Origin: Corallochytrium limacisporum Hawaii
Lineage: Eukaryota; Protista; Pluriformea
Direction: 5' to 3'
Length of the DNA stretch: 64,000 nt
Assembly (NCBI GenBank): GCA_002811645.1
Contig: PDIP01000022.1
Location: 173,365 to 237,364 of the forward strand
Positions 21,176 to 31,480 of the stretch are shown here, piece by piece. The position numbers were made by a program, and so were the translations under genes. How positions within the stretch are numbered: position 1 is the stretch's first letter; the number at the start of each line of letters is the position of its first letter. The notes under the pieces were generated by a model. It had not been told where the DNA came from and made no database searches. It saw only the letters and a list, made by a program, of their open reading frames with translations.

Positions 21176-22765
21176 ATGGCCTGTGTGGGCGATCGGATCC
21201 AGAATCCTGCCACCGGTGTTTGCGACGATCCAGACTGTGATATTGCATATCTCGGCGAACGCAATTTCTTCAACACTGCATCTGGTCGTTGCGAGGAGGT
21301 GCCCAGTTGCACATCAGAAGAGGTCTACGACGGTGACACGAACACTTGCCGATCTCTCAGTGATCTCTTCGGCCCTGGTGACGGTATCGACCCCACTGAC
21401 CTTCTACCACCCGATCCAGATATAATCACTGGGGCACCAATCCCTGGGAGTGGATCATCACCCACAGACATAAATTGCAACAACGGTAAGCTAGACGAAT
21501 CCGGTACATACTGTGTCTGTGACGAAGGCTGGGCAACCAAGAGTAACCAAAATCCATTTGAAAACTACGAGTGGTGCAACAGTCGAGAAATCGAGGAGAC
21601 TGACGAAACCTACAACAGGGACAGTTTCGCGTTTGTGACGGAGCTGTTGTTCGGATCCACCACCTCTATTGCTATCATTGTTGGCATCATCGTTATCTGT
21701 ATCTGGCGGAGGAGACGGCGCCATCGACAGAACAGCAGCAACGACACTTCCACAACCACGTCCAGAATTGCAAAGGCCATCCAGCGAGTTCGAGGGAACG
21801 CACGTCAGCAGTCGTCAGAGCGCGAGGAACACGCAGGGACTAAGTCCAACTCCTGTCGAGCAAACGGGAAGCAGCCAGTGGCCAGTGGTTACAAATCCAA
21901 ATTTCCATCTGAGGACCAAGAAAACCGACCGGTAGATCGGAACGAGAACACGACCGAAACGGAGGAGAGACCACCACAGTACCACGAAAGCAAAGAGCAC
22001 CAAAAGGTTGAAGACAAAATTGAAATGCCAGTCGAAGCACTCCGCACCATAGTCAATGCCGTCCTGCGCAGACCTAGTGGCGGCCAGGTTTCTACCAATG
22101 AGGGTTGTGTAAAGCACGCTACAGGATCTGACACGAACGATAAAGGCAACGCTAAAACCCGCGTGTTTTCCAACAATGCAACTTTGCACGCATTCGGCGG
22201 CGTCCGTTCCAACACGGCTACTTCGGCTGCTGGGGCCAAAAGATGGGTGCCTCCGAAGCATTTTGTGCAATGGCAGCCGCCGGCGCACTTTCAGCGGGTT
22301 AACCTCTCTCAACTGCCGTCGTCATCCGTGGCCTCACCAGTCCCTGCGCTCATGAAGGACAACAGTTTGTATGGGATGGCGGAAGATGTATATGAAGCTC
22401 TGCCACTAAGACGGGGTGAGGCATTGCTTCGCATGTCTCAGGAGCATGTGGGACCGGCACAAACGACATCATCATCTTCTTCGTCGTCCTCTGTGACAAG
22501 ATCTGAGATTCCTGGTTGTGTTATTCACCATGAGAATGTTTCAGTCCTAAATACTCGAGCCTACGAGTTGCCAGGGCAGCATATCGAACGCATAGGGGAA
22601 CTGTCGAGTCAGACCGCATGCAAGCGGCATTCGTCGCACCTGCAGCAATTGCCGGATGGCTCTGATTCAGCCTCCCTTGCGAACTTGGACCTCCGTACTG
22701 CTGCAAATGCTTCACCACGCTCATCGGCAGCAAACAGACCTCTACCAAGTCAACCGAGGTGGTGA
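21176..22765 (+). CDS. Single-pass membrane protein with Cys-rich repeats and an EGF-like module, long disordered cytoplasmic tail
   Basis: CNNG..YCVCDEGW EGF motif; TM IAIIVGIIVICIW followed by poly-Arg stop-transfer. Confidence 0.7.
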   Translation: MACVGDRIQNPATGVCDDPDCDIAYLGERNFFNTASGRCEEVPSCTSEEVYDGDTNTCRSLSDLFGPGDGIDPTDLLPPDPDIITGAPIPGSGSSPTDINCNNGKLDESGTYCVCDEGWATKSNQNPFENYEWCNSREIEETDETYNRDSFAFVTELLFGSTTSIAIIVGIIVICIWRRRRRHRQNSSNDTSTTTSRIAKAIQRVRGNARQQSSEREEHAGTKSNSCRANGKQPVASGYKSKFPSEDQENRPVDRNENTTETEERPPQYHESKEHQKVEDKIEMPVEALRTIVNAVLRRPSGGQVSTNEGCVKHATGSDTNDKGNAKTRVFSNNATLHAFGGVRSNTATSAAGAKRWVPPKHFVQWQPPAHFQRVNLSQLPSSSVASPVPALMKDNSLYGMAEDVYEALPLRRGEALLRMSQEHVGPAQTTSSSSSSSSVTRSEIPGCVIHHENVSVLNTRAYELPGQHIERIGELSSQTACKRHSSHLQQLPDGSDSASLANLDLRTAANASPRSSAANRPLPSQPRW

Positions 22766-22776
22766 CCATGACTGGT

Positions 22777-25700
22777 TCAGGACTCTGTCTCAGCATGATA
22801 GCAGCGAGTGCAAATTGGTTTCCCTTGCAAAGTCATAGACTTCTCAGGTTCAACTCGAAATAAACGACACCGATCACACTTGAGGAGAGTTGGGTCACCA
22901 CATACAAAGCGGAAACTCCTCTCCTTAAGAGTCAAAGTCTGTGCAATGGAATCAGAAGGATGGATAGGAATAATCTCCTCCCCTTCACAGATTGATTTGG
23001 ATCTGAAGTACTCAATATCATCTTGCCACCCGTGAATATCAACATGGCTGCAACCAAGGATGTCATTCAATTTTTCCATCAAGTTGGGGGTTTCGTTGAT
23101 GGCACTTCCTAGGCGATCCGGGATGACAACTTTAACGGAGAGGGCCGATCTTTCTGGCAGAGCAGGAGACGACTCCATCGCCTCATATTCACGATCGATG
23201 CAGCGACGAATGTAGCGGAGTGAATGGATCATATCCACGTATGCCTCCTCGTGCCCACCGGCCTTCGGTGCCAATCGGCTAAAGCCGATGTCAAAGACAT
23301 TATCCACCTTTAGCAGCGGATGATGCTGCAGCACGTCTTCAGCAAGATGGGGCGAAACAACGGAGGTCAATGGGAGCACAGTATTGAGGACTTCGTTCAA
23401 AGTACTCTGCGTCATCCTACGAATTGGACTATCCTTTACATCAGTGTAAAGGGTGTCCTTGCTAATTGTGAAGTAGAACGCGCTCAGGTCGTTTACGATA
23501 AAGTCATGAAGTAATCGCAAACCGGAAGAGAAATTGTACAAGCGGAACATTGACTGAACTTCGTTGTTCACAACCGCCAACCGATGTAGCATATAGAGAT
23601 TGAGCGGATCAAGAGTTTTCCTTTCCACTTCAACGCCAGATGCTGGGACGTCATTCAGATTTCCGAGTAGGAAACGCATAACATTCCTCCATCGTCGGTA
23701 CACCTCTGAAACCTGTCCGATGATCCTGACGCCTATAATCTGATCACTGGTGTAGTCAGTACTAGCAACCCAGAGGCGCAGCACATCTGCGCCATGCCCA
23801 GGCCACTCCTTCGGATTAGCGGTGGCCCCGTTAATGACCATGTCTGGGCTGATGACATTTCCAATACTTTTGCTCATCTTTCGCCCAAACTCATCCAGAG
23901 TAAATCCGTGGGTGATCAAAGTTTTGTAAGGTAAGGTTCCTTGGCATGCAACACTTAACAGAGCGCTGCTCTGGAACCAACCGCGATGCTGATCACTACC
24001 TTCTAGATACACATCTGCAACCTGTTTGCCAGCATCATCTGCGAGAAGAACACTCGCCCAACTCGATCCGGAGTCAAACCAAACATCCATTGTATCGGTA
24101 CCACGTTTCAGTTCGTCCGCACGATCCCTGTACTTCTTAGGTAAGAGTCCCTCATTCCCTTCGCAGGAAAACCAATAGCCGGATCCGTGCTCGGCGACCT
24201 GATCACGGACGTAGCGAATGATCTCTGGTGTCATCAGAGGCTCTCCAGTCTCTAGGTCATAGAAACATGGAATAGGAACACCCCAGAGCCTTTGTCTAGA
24301 AATACACCAAGAGGTCCGACTTTCGACCGTTGCACTAAGACGATGGCGACCGGACGTTGGTATCGTATTAAGATTCGGAACGCTTTCTATCAATTCAAGA
24401 GCCGTCCCCTGAACATCAGTAATGTCCGCAAACCATTGCGATGTGGCCCTCAAAATCACCGGCTGTTTTGCTCGCCAGTCATATGGGTATCTGTGAGTGT
24501 ATAGATGCTCATACGCGATGAGATCATGAGATTTCATGTGCTCCACGACCATATCCTTACCTGCACCGAGCACAGGAAGTCCCACTAGTTCTGACGGAGC
24601 ATTGGCATTGTACTTGCCGGCTTCATCAACAAGAGATGGGAAGGTTTCATAACCTCTTTGCAACCACGCATCGAAGTCTTCCAATCCATGAGCCGGCGCT
24701 GTGTGAACGACGCCAGTGCCCGCACTGGCGTCGACATGATCACTATAGAAAATCTTGCCCTTTCGGAACCCGGGAGTCGGCCATATGAGGTTGTAATCTG
24801 TATCCACTACCTCAGAAATCTGCACTTCCACTAAGTCTTTGGCACTGATGCCTTTATACATATCATATTCTTGCTGCAACGCTTCAACACGGTTGCGCAT
24901 GATGATATCGTACCCCTCTGTTCCCTCTGTTGTCCTTCGCGGTACTGCGACGTATTGTGCATCCCGCGCCACGCAAAGTGCTTGATTAGCCGGAATGGTC
25001 CATGGCGTTGTCGTCCAAGCCAAAAGACTAACATCCTCTGAGGGTAGATCCAAGCTTGCAACTTGCTGTCTGTTCAATGGTGTCCGGAAAAAGACAGACC
25101 GGCTGACATGCTCTCCTTCATATTCCAATTCAGCCTCGGCAAGGGCAGTCTTTGTCCAGGGTGACCAATACACGGGTCTCAGCTTCCTGTTGATCAAACC
25201 TTTCTCGACCAGCTTCGCGAAGATTTCTAATTGGGCGACTTCATACTTTTTCGTTTTTGTGATGTATCGGTTTGCCCAATCACCAATCACTCCAATCCTG
25301 ATGAAGTCTTGCATCTGGTTCTGTACGGCAGCATCTGCAAAATCACTTGCCAATGCGCGGATTTCACGTGCTACAGAGGGATCCTGTGCCTTTTCATCGA
25401 GCCCCTGGAAAGCAGGATCCTGCCTTTTTTTCTTCTTCTTTGGAAGGGAATCTAAAGCCTTCAGTTCGATGGGCAGGCCGTGGCAATCCCAACCCGGGAC
25501 GTAGTGAACTTTCTTGCCGCTCAACAATTGAGTGCGAATAATCATGTCTTTTAATGTCTTGTTCAAAGCATGACCAACATGTAAATCACCGTTCGCGTAA
25601 GGAGGCCCATCGTGAAGAATGAATTCTTCTGTGCGCTTCGGATCCCGTCGCTGTGTCTCATACACATTTGCCCACCTCTGTGCAAGAATGGGCTCTCGAG

Positions 25701-25875
25701 TCTTTGCATTTGCTCGAAGCTGAAATTCCGTCTGCGGAAGGTTCACCGCGTAATTAGATCCGGAGTTCCCAGACTTCGTCTTAGTCTTCTTTGCTGCCCG
25801 ACTTGTCGTGTGTACGCACCGCCAAGCGCTGTCCATCAAGCGGCACCGCCCGATTGCATGCTTGCGGATAAACAT
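22777..25875 (-). CDS. IARS2: Mitochondrial (bacterial-type) isoleucyl-tRNA synthetase
   Basis: HDGPPYANGDLHVGH, GWDCHGLPIE, WCISRQR.WG, EGSDQHRGWFQSS, KMSKS, C-terminal CxxC zinc motif; presequence-like start at 25875. Confidence 0.93.
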   Translation of the reverse strand: MFIRKHAIGRCRLMDSAWRCVHTTSRAAKKTKTKSGNSGSNYAVNLPQTEFQLRANAKTREPILAQRWANVYETQRRDPKRTEEFILHDGPPYANGDLHVGHALNKTLKDMIIRTQLLSGKKVHYVPGWDCHGLPIELKALDSLPKKKKKRQDPAFQGLDEKAQDPSVAREIRALASDFADAAVQNQMQDFIRIGVIGDWANRYITKTKKYEVAQLEIFAKLVEKGLINRKLRPVYWSPWTKTALAEAELEYEGEHVSRSVFFRTPLNRQQVASLDLPSEDVSLLAWTTTPWTIPANQALCVARDAQYVAVPRRTTEGTEGYDIIMRNRVEALQQEYDMYKGISAKDLVEVQISEVVDTDYNLIWPTPGFRKGKIFYSDHVDASAGTGVVHTAPAHGLEDFDAWLQRGYETFPSLVDEAGKYNANAPSELVGLPVLGAGKDMVVEHMKSHDLIAYEHLYTHRYPYDWRAKQPVILRATSQWFADITDVQGTALELIESVPNLNTIPTSGRHRLSATVESRTSWCISRQRLWGVPIPCFYDLETGEPLMTPEIIRYVRDQVAEHGSGYWFSCEGNEGLLPKKYRDRADELKRGTDTMDVWFDSGSSWASVLLADDAGKQVADVYLEGSDQHRGWFQSSALLSVACQGTLPYKTLITHGFTLDEFGRKMSKSIGNVISPDMVINGATANPKEWPGHGADVLRLWVASTDYTSDQIIGVRIIGQVSEVYRRWRNVMRFLLGNLNDVPASGVEVERKTLDPLNLYMLHRLAVVNNEVQSMFRLYNFSSGLRLLHDFIVNDLSAFYFTISKDTLYTDVKDSPIRRMTQSTLNEVLNTVLPLTSVVSPHLAEDVLQHHPLLKVDNVFDIGFSRLAPKAGGHEEAYVDMIHSLRYIRRCIDREYEAMESSPALPERSALSVKVVIPDRLGSAINETPNLMEKLNDILGCSHVDIHGWQDDIEYFRSKSICEGEEIIPIHPSDSIAQTLTLKERSFRFVCGDPTLLKCDRCRLFRVEPEKSMTLQGKPICTRCYHAETES

Positions 25876-26348
25876 TGCTCTGCTGATTTGTTGACTACTG
25901 ATCACATCCTGATCTAACTGCGGAGAAGCATTGAAACATGCCGACACAGAGATTGATAGAGGTCTTAATATGCACCATAAAGTATTTTCTTGTACCAGCA
26001 GAGCCACGGCGTAAAGCCTACAAAGAGTGCGCATGGTGCCCCACTCCACGGGGGTCCAGAGGTCGCCCACCACCCCGCTTTGGTCGATGAGGTCACAGGG
26101 CCAGTATAGTGGGTGAGGGGGGGGGGTCACTTCATGGTCGGTTCGCCCACTGCGTGCGGACGGGCGGCAGACTTCTCGATTCCCGAGTGCTGCTCTTGCC
26201 TGCCTTTGTTCGCTATTTCAAGGACTTGAATAGATCCCAACCGTGTGATGAAAAAATGTAGAAATTGTGTGTGTGAGCACGTAGAATGTATAGTACGGAG
26301 GCTCAATATGTAGTAGTATAGCGAAGGCTTAACACAGGAGATCTCAAG
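25876..26348. promoter_or_regulatory. Putative bidirectional promoter shared by IARS2 and GATB
   Basis: 473-nt head-to-head spacer with a GC-rich core and a poly-G run near 26117-26127. Confidence 0.5.
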
Positions 26349-27977
26349 ATGACAGCAGGACAGCTTTCATTCCGTGCCGGCACAAAAGTGAAAGCTCGCA
26401 AGGATCTGCAGCGCACAGTTGAGGCATCCAGGCTGTTGAAAAGAAAATCATGGACTTATGTTCCCGCTATTGGTCTTGAGGTCCATGCACAGATTGCGTC
26501 CAAGACGAAGCTTTTCTCGAGCGCACCCATGACGTCTGGAGACTCGCCAAACACAGCAGTTGCAGTTCTAGACTATGCAGCGCCAGGAGCATTGCCGGTA
26601 CTAAATCGAAATGCGGTTCGATTGGCAACAGTGAGTGCCTTGGCACTGGGGTGCCAGATCAATCCCGTATCAATGTTTGATCGCAAACATTACTTTTATC
26701 ACGACATGCCCTTAGGCTACCAGATCACACAGCAACGCCAGCCACTAGCTAGTGGAGGACTCGTGAGAGTACGTGGATGGGATCCTACAAAGCTGGGTAG
26801 CCATGCACCAGAAGATCAGGCTCCGGTGCGCATTCAGCATTTGCAGATAGAGCAGGACACAGGACGAACTACAGCAATGGGCAGCACTGGCATGTCGGCT
26901 GTTGACCTGAACCGGGCGGGTAGCCCACTCATGGAAATCGTCACGGCACCAGATCTCACGAGCGCATCTCATGCTGCAGAGTTTGTGAGACAGTTACGAT
27001 TGATCTTGCAACGCATTGGTGCATGTGGTGGAAACATGGCTGAGGGTCAAATGCGTGTGGATTGCAATGTAAGTATCTGCCACCAAGACGGATCATTTGG
27101 TACCCGGGTTGAGGTCAAGAATGTAGCAGGTACACATTTCTTGGAGCGTGCCATTCAGCTAGAGATTGATCGTCAAGTATCACTCTGGAAACAGGGCCGG
27201 GAGGACGAAATTGTACAGGAGACAAGGGCATTTAATGCATTGACAAACACCACGACACCGCTTCGTAGTAAAGAGGAGAGTATGGACTACAGGTTCATGC
27301 CTGACCCGGACATTCCTCCTCTTCGCATTGAATCGGAATTCATGGAAGGGTGCCGGGTTGTCCTGCCAGAGCTTCCAGAGGGTACAATTGACCGACTTAT
27401 GGAGGACCACAAGCTTGGCGCTCGTCAGGCCTATCTGCTTGTCCACAATGGCAACGAGATGGTCGACTTTTTCACGCAGGTCATACGTGACGTACCCGAT
27501 AATGCAGCACAAACTGCCGCCAATCTGATCACGGGTCCTATCTTTGAGCTTACGAAGAAACAGGCTCTGGATGAAGAAGCAGACGAGGAGAAAGGATTCC
27601 TTGATCTCCCTATCAGCCCAGCATGGATCGGGCGATTGGCAATGGAAATACACAAGGGCAATTTAAAAACTTTCCAAGCTCGGGAAGTTCTTCAGGACGC
27701 ACTACTCACGAAGGAGCTCGATCCAGACTTGGATAGGTTGATAGATGCCAGAGGATTTGGTCAGAGCCTCAATCAAGTTGACTTGGAAGCAATTGTCGTT
27801 GAACTCGAGGAGGAAGCGAAGACCAGCAAAAAAGTATCGAGAGCATTCGCCAAACTAGAGAATGACGTGGATAAGGGCGTTAAGGGAGTAATGGGTCTTG
27901 TGATGCAGCGATCTCAAGGCAACGCGAAGCCACAGGATGTCGTAAACTTGCTGAGGAAGCGTTACTCGAAGTCATAA
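26349..27977 (+). CDS. GATB: Glu-tRNA(Gln) amidotransferase subunit B, mitochondrial
   Basis: IGLEVHAQ, FDRKHYFY.D.P.GYQITQ, DLNRAG.PLMEIVT, RSKE...DYRFMPDPD. Confidence 0.95.
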   Translation: MTAGQLSFRAGTKVKARKDLQRTVEASRLLKRKSWTYVPAIGLEVHAQIASKTKLFSSAPMTSGDSPNTAVAVLDYAAPGALPVLNRNAVRLATVSALALGCQINPVSMFDRKHYFYHDMPLGYQITQQRQPLASGGLVRVRGWDPTKLGSHAPEDQAPVRIQHLQIEQDTGRTTAMGSTGMSAVDLNRAGSPLMEIVTAPDLTSASHAAEFVRQLRLILQRIGACGGNMAEGQMRVDCNVSICHQDGSFGTRVEVKNVAGTHFLERAIQLEIDRQVSLWKQGREDEIVQETRAFNALTNTTTPLRSKEESMDYRFMPDPDIPPLRIESEFMEGCRVVLPELPEGTIDRLMEDHKLGARQAYLLVHNGNEMVDFFTQVIRDVPDNAAQTAANLITGPIFELTKKQALDEEADEEKGFLDLPISPAWIGRLAMEIHKGNLKTFQAREVLQDALLTKELDPDLDRLIDARGFGQSLNQVDLEAIVVELEEEAKTSKKVSRAFAKLENDVDKGVKGVMGLVMQRSQGNAKPQDVVNLLRKRYSKS

Positions 27978-28032
27978 ATAAATCCAGGGACAAGTCAAAA
28001 CATTTTGGAATCGATTTTAGTTAACTTCATAC

Positions 28033-30042
28033 CTACAGGTATAACTTGATGGAGGCATCCGCGCCGTATGTTGTCATCAAGACCTTGGAAGGATGGGTCT
28101 GAATACCAAGGATGCCTTCGTCGAAACGCATCTTGTGCGCACTGATTTCCTGCACACATGTTGTCCGCGAGCCCAGGTCCCAGGTTCGCACACTGCAATC
28201 GTGGCCTGTCGAAATCACGTAGAGTTGGCTGAGATCAAAGGCCAATCCCGTTACTGCATCCTGATGCGCAATTGTCGATGAAATGCATTTCGAACTATTG
28301 ATATCGAAGTAGCGAATCTTCTTATCCTCGTGACCAGTGATAATGATTGGCATGGTCGGGTGATTAATGGCGCAATTGATTTGTTGGCCACTCCCTTCAT
28401 CATCCACATGGATCTGTTCGGTCATCTGGCCCGTTTCTAGGTCATATTGCCGCAACATACCGCTATCGAAACTGATCAGCAACATATTTTGCCTGCTGTG
28501 CAAAAATGAACAGCTGGTGGGTTGTCCAGTGTCGGGACTTTCGGCAATTCGCTGAATGGGAGCCTCCGACTGGCTTGTCCAAATATTGATGACTCCATCG
28601 GCGCCGGAACTAGCAACCAGATCCTTAGCAGGGTGACTTGTCAGACACCAGAGCGCATCCTCGTGCGCCTTCACCTTGGATGCACACCAGGCGTGATCGT
28701 ACTTCTCATAGGGCTGTGCAGCCAGCAGCCTCTGCAGATCCCACCGCACAAGATTACCATCTAAATCACCTGTGAACGCATAGTTCTGTGGGTAGGCAAT
28801 ACAACTGCTAAGTACTGGAGCAACGTGAGAACGTAATGTGACAACCGCATCCATCTCTCCCGGAATTTTCTTCTCACTCTCCGCTTCAAGGCAGTCATCA
28901 AGGCGCCAAAACTTGACGGTGCAATCCTCAGACCCAGAGAGCAACACTGGTTCGTCGCGCATGAAAGCACCAGTGCGCACGCCGTCTACGTGACCCTTGA
29001 GGACGACCTTCGGTTTCCAGTTCTTTGCTGCTCCGCCAGTGGTTGCAATGGATGTAGATTCCTTCTCCTCCGTAGGTTGAGAATCCATTTCTAGAGAAAG
29101 AAGCTCGTCAAGTCCTGCCACAGCCTCCTCTTCCTCATTTGCCGCCTTGGACTTCGGAGACAGGGGACTTGTCAATCCCTCAAAGACATTCTTGACAGTC
29201 TTTGGAGCTGGACGACCGGTTGCTTTTTGTTGACCCTTCTTGTACTGCCGCATGATTTTGTTTAGCTGGTTGGAGTCGTACTTCGCTTCCAGTGACGCAT
29301 CAATAGCATCATTCACGCCGTCATCTCCTTTCTGGGGCTGAATCAACTTAGCCAACGGGCTCTCGTCCTCAATATCTTCCTGGTCGTCGCCAACATCATC
29401 GTCTTTGGTACCCTCATTAAGAGCTTCGTCAAAAGCATTCATGATCTCGTCCGCTTCCTTGTTGTATTCCTCAGATGCACCATTCTCGTCTAAGTGTGAA
29501 GGCATGAGAGGAATGTTGTGGCTCTGTGAAGTACGCTGCGGAATTTCCGGCATACGAGCCGCACGAATGAACTCGTCTGTGTAACCCAGTTCCCGGAGAT
29601 ACTGCCTCAGTTGGGAAGTGGTCTTCAGACTATAACTTGCCTGTGGCTGGTCGGCACCTTCCAGTCTCCTAATCAATTCGTTAACGTTTTGTTGATATTC
29701 CTTTTCCGGTTTAGCAGCAATTGTAACTTTTCCTTCTTTCTCTAAGTCTGCCATTTTTGCTGCATGGTCCTTGCGTTCTTTCATGATTGCATATTCTAAC
29801 ATCTTCACCCTACGAATTAGGTCACGCTTAAGTCCCTCTTGTGCCTTTCGCTCACCTTCTAACATGGAGATGCGGCTAAGGAACCCTGAACGTTCTAAAT
29901 CCCATTCGGCCTTTTCACGCTCGAACCGTGCAAACTCATACTGAATCCACGTCAAAACCGCAGGCAACGTCATCTTCCCCAGCTCTGAGCCAGCCCGACC
30001 ACTGTCGCCGCCGCCTCCGTACTCTTCATTGAAGACGGGCAT
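28033..30042 (-). CDS. STRN: Striatin (STRIPAK PP2A B''' subunit)
   Basis: TLPAVLTWIQYEFARFERE..EWDLER coiled coil, DLIRRVKMLEYA, LRQYLRELGY, C-terminal WD40 repeats. Confidence 0.95.
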   Translation of the reverse strand: MPVFNEEYGGGGDSGRAGSELGKMTLPAVLTWIQYEFARFEREKAEWDLERSGFLSRISMLEGERKAQEGLKRDLIRRVKMLEYAIMKERKDHAAKMADLEKEGKVTIAAKPEKEYQQNVNELIRRLEGADQPQASYSLKTTSQLRQYLRELGYTDEFIRAARMPEIPQRTSQSHNIPLMPSHLDENGASEEYNKEADEIMNAFDEALNEGTKDDDVGDDQEDIEDESPLAKLIQPQKGDDGVNDAIDASLEAKYDSNQLNKIMRQYKKGQQKATGRPAPKTVKNVFEGLTSPLSPKSKAANEEEEAVAGLDELLSLEMDSQPTEEKESTSIATTGGAAKNWKPKVVLKGHVDGVRTGAFMRDEPVLLSGSEDCTVKFWRLDDCLEAESEKKIPGEMDAVVTLRSHVAPVLSSCIAYPQNYAFTGDLDGNLVRWDLQRLLAAQPYEKYDHAWCASKVKAHEDALWCLTSHPAKDLVASSGADGVINIWTSQSEAPIQRIAESPDTGQPTSCSFLHSRQNMLLISFDSGMLRQYDLETGQMTEQIHVDDEGSGQQINCAINHPTMPIIITGHEDKKIRYFDINSSKCISSTIAHQDAVTGLAFDLSQLYVISTGHDCSVRTWDLGSRTTCVQEISAHKMRFDEGILGIQTHPSKVLMTTYGADASIKLYL

Positions 30043-31480
30043 GTTTACTTACTAACTATATATCCCACAAACGACTTTTCGTTTCCTAGTCCATTATGTT
30101 TTGAACATGACTTTGCGATCGCATTCTTATTTCAAATTCCCGGTATTTGGACACATTCACAGAACACTATGTGTCAGTACAAACAATTTGCTCTCGACAA
30201 AGTAGATTATTTGGGAATTATTCTCGTTGCCTGAAGTAGGTCCGTATGCAGGGTGCACGGAAGATGTCTTATGTCATTAGCAAAAATATACATAAAGTAA
30301 AGAACGTCCACCATTGGTACAATGCGACCGCCAAATAATCTACGCATATCTGCGTGAAGGCCACCGGAGAAAGACTGTGCCTCCACATATTTTCCAAATG
30401 CCCTTTCCGTTTGTGTGCGAAAGTTGCTGGTGAATGGATACTTTTCATGAAGCTCGCCCGCTGCCGCTGCTTTGGTAAATTTGGAGAAACTGGAATGAGC
30501 CCGACCGTCCCAAGCCTACTTTACTTGAACGCCTGATCAGCTAGCCATTCTGGCAATGGACGGCTCAATTTTCGGCTGCTTGACGTTGACTGGCCCTTTC
30601 CATTGTTTTCGCTTTTGGGTAAGATTCATTCCTCCTGCGCTCTCCTCTCCCCCTTTCTCCCCTTTCCTTCCCAACCCCCCCCCCTCCCTTGCCCATTGTC
30701 CGGTGCGGTGCGTCTTCATTTTCGCGGTTGCTGTGGGGTTTTCATTCTCGTACATTCAGTACCAACATGACCCGGCCAGTCTGTTTTGGCGCGTAACGGT
30801 CAGTTGCCACCACCACCAGAATCGCTAGTAGTGTACATACAGTACCACGCATTACACAGCATCAACCGAACAACCATCTGCAGCCAATAAGCAAAGACGA
30901 AGAATAATATCAGTACATTATCTATGGAATTTGTCTTTCTCCGGGACCGCTGTTTGCCCTCGTCGGAGGCGTGCTGTGGACAGCGGCGACGGCGAAGCCA
31001 AATTCACTAACGAGAAAAGAAAGGGGTTCAGCTTATTCAACCGCTCAAAGGAAATGTGCTGGGATGAGGGCGGTTTCACTAACCAGCTCTATTCAGCGCA
31101 AGAACAAAGCACAACAACGCGCAGAGCTCCGGTACATTCACTTCCGCCGAGGCGAGACAATACTTTCGAAGCTTCGCGGCGAAGGGGCTCCGGAGAGTCA
31201 GACCAGCAGCCACCTTCCAGACGTTGGGGGGCCATTCGGACGCTGGGGTTGGCCATGGAACAAATCGTAGGCAGTCTGTGGTCTGACGTGAGTAGTCGAC
31301 CTTTTCTTTGAAATGTATTTCAAACAAAGAAGATAATGCTAGGTCATAAAATCATACACTATTGGTACGTTATAAAAGAGAATTCTCTAGGGATCTATTT
31401 TTTCCCGGTGACCATTGCTCAAAGACTTCATTGCCAAGAGGGAGCGACAGCATACGGAACTAGAGAATATAGTTTAGAAC

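Noticed and set aside
25876-26130. 85-codon upstream extension of the IleRS ORF
   Set aside because: Runs through the GC-rich promoter and lacks protein-like features; the presequence-like sequence starts at ATG 25875.
30803-30811. PACE-like GGTGGCAAC upstream of RPT1
   Set aside because: Imperfect match, about 670 nt away, and Rpn4 is fungal-specific.
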